This document shows, piece after piece, positions 17,600-25,567 of a stretch of 32,177 nt of DNA. The notes under the pieces are model-generated. The model had not been told where the DNA came from and did not search any database. It was given only the letters and a program-made list of their open reading frames with translations. The stretch is from positions 1 to 32,177 of the forward strand of contig JBCCEA010000041.1 of assembly GCA_039030515.1 (NCBI GenBank), in the 5' to 3' direction. Numbering within the stretch: position 1 is the first letter of the stretch; each line of letters begins with the position of its first letter. The translations under genes and the position numbers were made by a program. This DNA is from Myxococcota bacterium (GTDB lineage Bacteria > Myxococcota_A > Polyangia > Polyangiales > Houyiibacteriaceae).

Positions 17600-18963
17600 C
17601 GTCCGGCGATCTGAGGAGCAGGACCGAGGATTTTGCGGCTTGATGCCTTTTCTGTTCGCTGCTTGGTGCGCAGTATTTGGTTCAACAAAACAAGTGGAGC
17701 CACCGTGAGTACAAACATCGACGGGAGATTCGACGCTATTACTCCGCCACTCGTCATACTCAGAATCATCACTAGATAGAGAAGCATACATCCAGACGAG
17801 TTTCGACGATGTTTTGCCCATTCCCAGGCGATACGGCAAAAGAGTCCGCTGAGTGTCATTCCGAAAAATACGCCTAGTATGCCAAAATTGATCCACCACT
17901 CTCCGATTCCTGTGAATGGCTTGCCGGCGGTGCCCGGTAGATATGTTTCTGAAAACCAGTTTCCAGAGGTGATCGTTTTTGGCTTCTCTTCCCAGAGTGT
18001 TCTCGGGACCAGCCCAATGACCCCACGCACAAAAAAATCCCCATAGAGAAAGTTGTTGTAGTCAAAGTCTTGTTTTACCACCATGAAGTGGTCGAACACA
18101 CTGAGATTTAGGGCCTTTGACATTGTGCGGAAGACTGACGGACTATCCCCGTCTGCCTGTTCCACAGTGTCCCAGTAGTTGACTCGGTTGTTTTCAAAAA
18201 TCGATCTCCGCGCTGTATCGAGCGCACCCATGAGTCCGCCGATCATCACCAAGCCAATTGCGAGATAGACCACTGGTACATTCGGTCTGGACAGCGTGTA
18301 AAGAGCGATAATAAAAATAATAGGATACACGACAGCACTTCGGTCACCCATTAGAGTCGGTGCGAGCAGTGACGCAATCAAGAATACCGCGCTCAAAGCC
18401 CGTCCCCGTCTTCTTTTTATGCTTTCTACCAACATAAAAGCGGCCAGTAGAGACGTAAGATTCGGAATGATCCGAAGAAAAGACAGCCCGTCCCAAAGAC
18501 CATGTCGCGAGGCGTACATAAACTCGGCAACGTTACCTACTCGGATGACTTGATATCCTATCATGCCTAGCGCTACGAGGATGCCTATTGACGTGACGAA
18601 TCGAAGTCGACGCATGCTAATGGCGGTTTGATATCGACCTTTCCCTTTTGAATCTGAACGAATCCATCGTCGCGACCATCCTTTGAAAGATAAATACGCC
18701 AATATAAAAGCGATGTATCCTACTGAAAAAACCATAAGGGTTTCTCGAGCCAGTGCCTTTGGCTCCTCCCGGAAAAGGAACGCAAGAAATGGTGTGTCCA
18801 AGTCCAGAAGAATGAACGCTGGCCTGACTACGAATCGTGGAATGTAGAGATATGAAAATATGGAAAGTGGATCGAACGGGTTTTCTCTGAAAAGCAAAAG
18901 AGCCGTAACCATTGTAGCGGCTAGCAGACCAAGTAGTAAGCTATCAAGAGTCAATAACTGCAT
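17587..18963 (-). CDS. wzy: Oligosaccharide repeat-unit polymerase (Wzy family; ORF extends to 19002)
   Basis: Many TM helices; GDRS motif; periplasmic loop FLYG...LVPRTLWEEKP; GEWWINFGILGV; directly downstream of the flippase. Confidence 0.8.
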   Translation of the reverse strand: MQLLTLDSLLLGLLAATMVTALLLFRENPFDPLSIFSYLYIPRFVVRPAFILLDLDTPFLAFLFREEPKALARETLMVFSVGYIAFILAYLSFKGWSRRWIRSDSKGKGRYQTAISMRRLRFVTSIGILVALGMIGYQVIRVGNVAEFMYASRHGLWDGLSFLRIIPNLTSLLAAFMLVESIKRRRGRALSAVFLIASLLAPTLMGDRSAVVYPIIFIIALYTLSRPNVPVVYLAIGLVMIGGLMGALDTARRSIFENNRVNYWDTVEQADGDSPSVFRTMSKALNLSVFDHFMVVKQDFDYNNFLYGDFFVRGVIGLVPRTLWEEKPKTITSGNWFSETYLPGTAGKPFTGIGEWWINFGILGVFFGMTLSGLFCRIAWEWAKHRRNSSGCMLLYLVMILSMTSGGVIASNLPSMFVLTVAPLVLLNQILRTKQRTEKASSRKILGPAPQIAGRYSV

Positions 18964-19050
18964 ATGATCTTGCTCTTTTCTCGTTCGATGCTCGAAAAGC
19001 ATTCTGAGACACCTGATATTTCAGGTGCGATGGTCATGTGGCTTGTTCGC

Positions 19051-20529
19051 TCACTGTTCGCGATTCCGGTTTCGAGCAAGCATCTTCACGACCAATGTTT
19101 TGATATCCTGGAAACTCTCCGGTTTATTGGTTTTATCTGCAACTTTGATAATGAGTGCCCCTGCAGCTAGCGAAGAGGTTCCTCCAAAGAACAGCTGAAG
19201 TAGCTCGGAGTTACATACGTATGTGGCAGTCCAAGCCGCGGCGCACATGGGTAGGGTTAAGAGCATCGGAGTCCAAACGATCTCAGCAGTTTCATACAGT
19301 GTGATCGATAGCGTGTTCGTTGTGAGCCACAGCCAAGGAAACACCAGGGATCCTTCCGCCAAGACCACTGCCCAAACAGCTCCCTGCACCCCGTGAGATC
19401 GGGTCGTGTGCCAGATGAGAGGAATCAACACGACCAAGTATATCGACGTGAGTAGTACCTCGTGTGCGGGAGTACCTCTTCCGATCAGCAAGGGTCGAAT
19501 CGAGGAAGTGATGGCCTTCAGCGCACCTGCGAGGGTCATCCACATCAGTACCGGTGCGGAAGAGCGCCACTTGTCGCTAAACACGAGGACGATCAATGGC
19601 TCCGCAAGCACCGCCAGGACACCAAGCGCCGGGAACGTCAGGAGCAGAGTGAACTGAAGTGATTTCTTATAACCTCGGGTGATTCGTGCGCTGTCGGTTT
19701 GAACGCTCGAATAAATTGGGAAAAGCGCCTTCCTCGCCACCTGAGTGAGGTCTGAAGCAAACATGTTGCTGAAGCGGGACCCGTTTTGAAACGTTGCTAG
19801 AGACGTTTGTCCGAGATGATTTGAAAGGACGATTCCCGCCAGCTGCTCTCGCGCAACCTGCAGCACGTTCAAAGCGAACAACCATTTGGCAAAGCCAAAG
19901 AGCTCAAAGAGGATCCTCAGATCCCAGGAGAATCGAGGAACATGTCGGTGAAGGACGTAGGACAGAGCTGCACGCGCAAGCAGTCCAGCGAACAAGCCCG
20001 CCACGAATGCCCATGCGCTCTGAAGCAAGGGCGCCAGCGTGCAGACTGTGAGAAGCATCGAGAGTCCGTTGGCCGCTTCGAGGAGAAAGCGCCTCCGAAA
20101 GTCGAGCTGCCTTGAGAGCACCACGAACGCGTTGTTTTCAAGAGCAATCGCCAGTGGGAGAAATGACATCGCCCTCGCTATCGGTAAGGCCTCTTCGGCA
20201 CCGAGAAGCCTTGCGATGGACGGTGCACAGAAAAAAAGCAGTACCGAATACAGGCACCCGCGCACAGCCTTGTCCCAGGTCCATGCCGCGTTGAGCAGCT
20301 CTTGTGAGACTTGTCCCTTTTTCTGGGTGACCGCTGCGCTAAATCCGAAAGCACCCATCGAGACTAATGAATGCAGAACCTTCGCAACAGCGACGAAACC
20401 GAACTCTTCGACGGTGAGGAGATGAGCCAATACCGACATGCTCACTACATGGGCTCCCCGCACTATCCAGCGAGCGAAACCCATCCAGATTCCGGCCTGC
20501 AATCCGATTTGCGTGAGATTTTTTCTCAT
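19051..20529 (-). CDS. wzx: Wzx/RfbX polysaccharide flippase (MOP superfamily; ORF extends to 20577)
   Basis: LAHLLTVEEFG, LSRQLDFRRRF, LFGFAKW, LFPIYSSVQ, LAEPLIVLVFSDKW, GVQGAVWA; many TM helices. Confidence 0.9.
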   Translation of the reverse strand: MRKNLTQIGLQAGIWMGFARWIVRGAHVVSMSVLAHLLTVEEFGFVAVAKVLHSLVSMGAFGFSAAVTQKKGQVSQELLNAAWTWDKAVRGCLYSVLLFFCAPSIARLLGAEEALPIARAMSFLPLAIALENNAFVVLSRQLDFRRRFLLEAANGLSMLLTVCTLAPLLQSAWAFVAGLFAGLLARAALSYVLHRHVPRFSWDLRILFELFGFAKWLFALNVLQVAREQLAGIVLSNHLGQTSLATFQNGSRFSNMFASDLTQVARKALFPIYSSVQTDSARITRGYKKSLQFTLLLTFPALGVLAVLAEPLIVLVFSDKWRSSAPVLMWMTLAGALKAITSSIRPLLIGRGTPAHEVLLTSIYLVVLIPLIWHTTRSHGVQGAVWAVVLAEGSLVFPWLWLTTNTLSITLYETAEIVWTPMLLTLPMCAAAWTATYVCNSELLQLFFGGTSSLAAGALIIKVADKTNKPESFQDIKTLVVKMLARNRNREQ

Positions 20530-21088
20530 CTGCGAACAAGGACCAGCCTTACGGCTCGAGGCCGCTATCGTCAACACCTCGCCGCAGGCTTGGAAGAGTC
20601 TCGGTTCAACCGGGGCCTATCACGAAACGATTGGAGATGCCGACGGATGCCTCTGCTTGATGCGTCGTGCGAGAAAAAACGACCTCTTTCATACGACTCC
20701 ACTGGGATGCCAGGCATTGTGGATTGCAGGTAAGCTCAACGATGGCTTTCGGTCCGAGCTCCTCAGTGAGAAGTTGATTGAGTGGCGTTCAGCGCGCTGG
20801 ACATCCGTCTACCTGAGGGGCAGGATTCGTGACGGGATGGGAACGATCTCGGTCGTGCTCCGCGACGAAGTCCGTCCCAGGGGGAAAAACTTGTGCCTCC
20901 CAACGTGGCTGTGTTGGATGTTTTCTTCGAGTTTTTCGAGACTGCGTGTACTAGACGTCAGGAACCGGCATTTCTCTTTGAGCGCAGCGGGCGAGGTGTC
21001 GTTTCCTATCGTGCAGACCTAAACGCTACGCGTTTCAGCAACCATCGGATCCATAGTTGAAATCTGCGGTGTTAAACGGGGAGACTCG

Positions 21089-23026
21089 ATGATTCGTATC
21101 GCGCTTAGAGCCACGCATGTTCTTCTGGATGTGCTCGTTCTCGCAGCCTCGGTAGTACTCGCGTATCTTCTGAGGTACGATTGGGTGCTGCCGTTCGGAG
21201 ATTTCAAAGTAGGCCTGTTTCTCGGGCCTTATGTTGTTCTTGCACAGTACGTGTTACTTAGCCTTTTCGGTATACCTCAATGTTCCTGGCGTCATTTTGG
21301 TTTGCGTGAAGTGCGACGGGTTGCGGCGGCTCTCGGAGTCGCCATGATGCTCTTTCTCGGCGCGCGAATCGTTTCGGGTTTGCTCCTTCCGAGATGGGAT
21401 TACGCACGCTATGCTCTGATGCCCATCGGAGTCACGATCATCGACTACGTTCTCGCTGTTCTATCGGTGTGTGGTCTTCGCGCGTTGCGACGAAGCATGG
21501 CAGATCGGGCTGCGATCAGGCCGCGGATGGTTCAAACCAAGCCGCGCAAAAAGACCCTGTTGGTCGGAGCGGGTAACGATGGCTGGCTCATCGCTCGCGA
21601 ACTTGAAAATCGGCCTGAATTGGGAATCGATGCGATTGGATTTCTCGATGATGATCCGCACAGGCAAGGTAGACGCGTGCAGGGGATTCCCGTGCTTGGT
21701 AAGGTCGATAATCTCAATACTTACGCATCTCGTTTTGCGGTGGAACAAGCGCTCATCACCCTAGTCGACCCGTCGGGTTTGGTTGTCCGCAAGGTTCGGC
21801 GACTTTGCGCAGAAGCCTCGATCCCTGCGAAGGTAATACCTGGACTTTCCGATATTGTTGAAGGACGAGTGAACCTTACCAGAATGCGGGACGTGGCCAT
21901 CGAGGATCTACTCGGTCGAGAGCCGGTCATCTTAGAGATGGAGGGCATATCCACCACCCTGAAAGATAAAGTCGTGCTGGTTACCGGAGCAGGGGGCAGT
22001 ATCGGCTCCGAGCTGTGCCGACAAATCCTTCGCTTTCATCCGAAACGTCTGATCCTTTTGGAGCGCGCGGAACATGCGCTTTTTGATACCCATCGGGATC
22101 TCATCAAGCTGAGCCCGGAGCATCTCGATCACGTGCTCCCGTGTATTGCAGATGTGTGCGACGAGACTCGCTTACATAGAATCTTTGAGCAGCATCGGCC
22201 AGATATCGTATTTCATGCTGCGGCGCACAAACACGTTCCCATGATGGAATGGAACCCAGGCGAGGCCATCAAGAACAATATTTTCGGAACGCGAACAGTC
22301 GCCGATGCATCCGATCGATTCGGTGTCGCCAGTTTTGTCATGGTTTCTACGGACAAAGCGGTGAATCCCACCTCTTTGATGGGTGCATCAAAGCGTGTAG
22401 CAGAGATTTACGTGCAGGCGTTAGACGATCGCAGTCGCACATCTTTTTCAACGGTTCGATTCGGCAACGTGCTCGGGTCGAACGGCAGCGTCATTCCTAT
22501 CTTCAAAGAGCAGATCGCCTCAGGCGGACCGGTTACGGTGACGCATCCGGATATGAAGCGCTATTTCATGACGATCCCCGAAGCTTGTCAGCTCGTGTTG
22601 CAGGCTGGCGCTATGAGCAAGGGAGGAGAGATTTTCGTCCTCGACATGGGAGAGCCGGTGAAGATTCTCGATCTAGCCACCGACTTAATTTCGCTTTCAG
22701 GATTCCGGCCCGGAGAAGATATCGATATAGAGTTTGTTGGTACCCGTCCAGGAGAGAAGCTCTTCGAAGAGCTTTCTGCGGACGAGGAGCAAGTCGATAA
22801 TACGAGGCATTCCAAAATCCTCGTATGCGCGACTCGCCGCAACGAAATCGACTGGGCGCGTAGAAATATCGAACGACTCGTGCAGATGGCAGATCGAGCT
22901 ACGCCTCACGAGATGCAGCTGGAGCTCACTCGTGTGGTTCCGGAATATCGAAGCCCGGCCGTCGATGATGAGCCCGCTTCTTGGGTTTCGAAGCCTATCA
23001 ACCGGACAGTTTCCGAAGCAGTCTGA
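21089..23026 (+). CDS. Membrane-bound UDP-GlcNAc 4,6-dehydratase (PglF/WbpM/CapD family)
   Basis: N-terminal TM helices; CoA-binding-like LLVGAG; IEDLLGR; TGAGGSIGSELCRQ; HAAAHKHVPMME; STDKAVNPTSLMGASK (MxxxK); RFGNVLGSNGSV. Confidence 0.93.
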   Translation: MIRIALRATHVLLDVLVLAASVVLAYLLRYDWVLPFGDFKVGLFLGPYVVLAQYVLLSLFGIPQCSWRHFGLREVRRVAAALGVAMMLFLGARIVSGLLLPRWDYARYALMPIGVTIIDYVLAVLSVCGLRALRRSMADRAAIRPRMVQTKPRKKTLLVGAGNDGWLIARELENRPELGIDAIGFLDDDPHRQGRRVQGIPVLGKVDNLNTYASRFAVEQALITLVDPSGLVVRKVRRLCAEASIPAKVIPGLSDIVEGRVNLTRMRDVAIEDLLGREPVILEMEGISTTLKDKVVLVTGAGGSIGSELCRQILRFHPKRLILLERAEHALFDTHRDLIKLSPEHLDHVLPCIADVCDETRLHRIFEQHRPDIVFHAAAHKHVPMMEWNPGEAIKNNIFGTRTVADASDRFGVASFVMVSTDKAVNPTSLMGASKRVAEIYVQALDDRSRTSFSTVRFGNVLGSNGSVIPIFKEQIASGGPVTVTHPDMKRYFMTIPEACQLVLQAGAMSKGGEIFVLDMGEPVKILDLATDLISLSGFRPGEDIDIEFVGTRPGEKLFEELSADEEQVDNTRHSKILVCATRRNEIDWARRNIERLVQMADRATPHEMQLELTRVVPEYRSPAVDDEPASWVSKPINRTVSEAV

Positions 23027-23116
23027 AGAACACTCGAACGACAAAGGCACCCTGCCCATTCAGTTCGCACCAAGGACATAGAGGATTTGGGAGCTTGGTC
23101 AGTAAGGAAAGTAGTA

Positions 23117-24130
23117 ATGAGTTCTGTCCGATCTGTTCTGATAACCGGTGGCACTGGATCCTTGGGTCAGGCGCTTGTCCGCAGTCTCGTTAAAGATCAT
23201 CCGGAGGTCGAGCGAATCGTCATCTTCTCTCGGGACGAACTCAAACAATTCGAGATGCAGCAAAAATTCGATGCTGCCTCGTCAAGGTTGCGATTCTTCT
23301 TGGGAGACGTCCGCGATGTAGATCGCCTCAAGCGAGCGTTACGAGATATCGATACGGTGATTCATGCAGCGGCGCTAAAGCAGGTTCCGGCCGCGGAATA
23401 CAATCCTTTCGAATTCATCCGTACGAACGTTATGGGAGCACAGAATTTGATCGATGCGTGTCTCGACAGCGATGTAAAGCGAGTGGTCGCTTTGAGCACG
23501 GATAAGGCAGCGGCACCCATCAATCTTTACGGCGCCACAAAGCTCTGCTCCGACAAGCTGTTCTCTGCTGCGAATCTTTTCAAGGGAGGCAGAGATCTGC
23601 GTTTCTCGGTGGTACGCTACGGCAACGTCATGGCAAGTCGTGGGAGTGTGATTCCCTTGTTCCTACGCAAGCGGAATGAGGGAATTTTACCCATTACCGA
23701 CAGTGAGATGACAAGATTCAACATCACACTGACCAGAGCTCTTGAGATGATCTACCACGCCATCGAGTCTGCTTGGGGCGGAGAGATTTTCGTTCCCAAG
23801 ATACCGAGCTACAGTATCACCGCTCTGGCCGAGGCAGTTGCACCCGAAGCGAAGCAAGTTATCGTAGGCATACGGCCCGGCGAAAAGCTGCACGAAGAAA
23901 TGATCACTGCTGCCGACTCTCCAAATACCGTCGAACTCGAAAGCCATTTCGTCATCATTCCCAGCATGTCTTGGTGGAAGCACGAGGACTATCTACTAGA
24001 GACAAGAGGTGAAAAAGTACCGAAGGGCTTTGCGTATCAAAGCGGTACGAATCCGCACTTCCTCACCGTAGAAGAGATTCGTGAGATGATTCAGCTGCAC
24101 GTGGATCCTAACTTTAGGCCATCTCAGTAA
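23117..24130 (+). CDS. pseB: UDP-N-acetylglucosamine 4,6-dehydratase (inverting)
   Basis: TGGTGSLG, FSRDELKQFEM, HAAALKQVPAAEYNPFE, STDKAAAPINLYGATKLCSDK, RYGNVMASRGSV, GIRPGEKLHEEMI; AAGGA Shine-Dalgarno before ATG 23117. Confidence 0.92.
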   Translation: MSSVRSVLITGGTGSLGQALVRSLVKDHPEVERIVIFSRDELKQFEMQQKFDAASSRLRFFLGDVRDVDRLKRALRDIDTVIHAAALKQVPAAEYNPFEFIRTNVMGAQNLIDACLDSDVKRVVALSTDKAAAPINLYGATKLCSDKLFSAANLFKGGRDLRFSVVRYGNVMASRGSVIPLFLRKRNEGILPITDSEMTRFNITLTRALEMIYHAIESAWGGEIFVPKIPSYSITALAEAVAPEAKQVIVGIRPGEKLHEEMITAADSPNTVELESHFVIIPSMSWWKHEDYLLETRGEKVPKGFAYQSGTNPHFLTVEEIREMIQLHVDPNFRPSQ

Positions 24131-24198
24131 GTGCGAAGTAAGAGATATTCCTCCATGAGCAATCGATGTCCCATGTGGCAGATATCAAAGGGTGCCTA

Positions 24199-25506
24199 AT
24201 GAGTCAGAATGCCATATTGCCGTATGGTCGCCAGTCGATATGCGAAAAGGACATCGACGCAGTTGTAGAGTGTCTTAAGGCAGACTTTCTCACTCAAGGG
24301 CCAAGAGTCCAGTCTTTCGAAAAAGCGCTGTGCGAGTTCACTGGTGCGCGATTTGCTGTAGCGGTATCCAGTGGTACTGCAGCGCTTCACCTGGCTTACG
24401 CGGCGCTTGGACTGGGTACGAACGATATGGCTCTTGTTCCCGCCATCACCTTTGTTGCTACAGCCAATGCAGCAAAGATGCAGGGGATGCGCGTTGCTTT
24501 CGTGGATGTGGAGCGTGATACAGCATTGGCAACCGGAAAGATGTTCAAAGAGGTTGCCGATCGAATAGAGAACAGTGGAAAACTACTCCTTGCACCGGTT
24601 CATATGTGTGGACACCCGGTCGATATGCGTTCGATCCATCGATTAGCAAGCGATAAAAACGCTTTCGTTGTGGAGGATGCATCCCACGCACTAGGTGCGG
24701 ACTATCGCGTGGATGGTGAAACTTATCGGGTAGGACAGTGCGCTCATTCAAATCTTGCCGTGACGAGTTTTCATCCGGTGAAGCACATCACGACAGGCGA
24801 GGGTGGGGCCATACTGACCGCCGACGAGTCGCTCTACGAACGCTTGATGACGCTCCGTTCCCACGGGATCCACAAGGATCCATCACGCTTTTCTTGGTCT
24901 GCAGAGGATCCGATGGCGGGCCCATGGTTCTACGAGATGACGGAGCTCGGTTACAACTATCGCATCACCGACATCCAATGTGCCCTTGGCGCGCAGCAAC
25001 TGACTAGGCTGCCTGAGTTTTTAGAACGCAGAAGGGCGCTCGCTGCGCGTTACGACTCGTTTCTTGCTCCACTCGCCGATTTCGTCGTTCCCCTTAGACG
25101 CAATGAGGACTGTCGACATGCCTATCATCTGTACGTGATTCAGCTTGTTCGGCGTCAAGACGAATCGCTCGAGCAGCTCGCGCTTCGGCGTAAGAGACTG
25201 TACCTTGCGCTTCGGGAGCGAGGAATTCTCACCCAGGTCCACTACATTCCCGTTCCGTGGCAGCCTTATTATCTCTCGCAGCATGGTGCGTATTTCAAAA
25301 CAATTGCTGCTCATATGGAAATCTCTGATTCAAACGAGCATTCCGACGCTGTCGTCGTGAACAAAGAAGCCAGGCAGACCATGTTTGAGTCCTACCCAGG
25401 TGCAGCAGAGTATTACGCTGCAAGTCTCAGCCTTCCGCTCTTTCCTGCTATGTCTGATGGCGATATCACTAAGGTTGTTGAGGGGATTCAAGCCTGGGTA
25501 CGTTGA
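24199..25506 (+). CDS. pseC: UDP-4-amino-4,6-dideoxy-N-acetyl-beta-L-altrosamine transaminase (DegT family; alternative start 24166)
   Basis: LPYGRQSI, FLTQGP, SSGTAALHLA, EDASHALG, SFHPVKHITTGEGG (PLP Lys), LGYNYRITDIQCALG, QVHYIP; follows pseB. Confidence 0.9.
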   Translation: MSQNAILPYGRQSICEKDIDAVVECLKADFLTQGPRVQSFEKALCEFTGARFAVAVSSGTAALHLAYAALGLGTNDMALVPAITFVATANAAKMQGMRVAFVDVERDTALATGKMFKEVADRIENSGKLLLAPVHMCGHPVDMRSIHRLASDKNAFVVEDASHALGADYRVDGETYRVGQCAHSNLAVTSFHPVKHITTGEGGAILTADESLYERLMTLRSHGIHKDPSRFSWSAEDPMAGPWFYEMTELGYNYRITDIQCALGAQQLTRLPEFLERRRALAARYDSFLAPLADFVVPLRRNEDCRHAYHLYVIQLVRRQDESLEQLALRRKRLYLALRERGILTQVHYIPVPWQPYYLSQHGAYFKTIAAHMEISDSNEHSDAVVVNKEARQTMFESYPGAAEYYAASLSLPLFPAMSDGDITKVVEGIQAWVR

Positions 25507-25567
25507 TCTCTAATGCCAACTTGGTACTTGATGCAAATAATCTCTATCTTAAGGCGACAGTAAATCA

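Noticed and set aside
20711..20728. sigma54-like element caggcattgtggattgca
   Set aside because: GG-to-GC spacing is 11 nt rather than the strictly required 10
20438..21022. 194-aa ORF spanning the wzx-dehydratase gap
   Set aside because: Overlaps the wzx start in antisense, has atypical Cys/Trp/Arg-rich composition, no Shine-Dalgarno and no motifs
21021..21035. ops/JUMPStart-like sequence (minus strand gcgtagcgtt)
   Set aside because: Does not match GGCGGTAG and is oriented away from the long plus-strand operon
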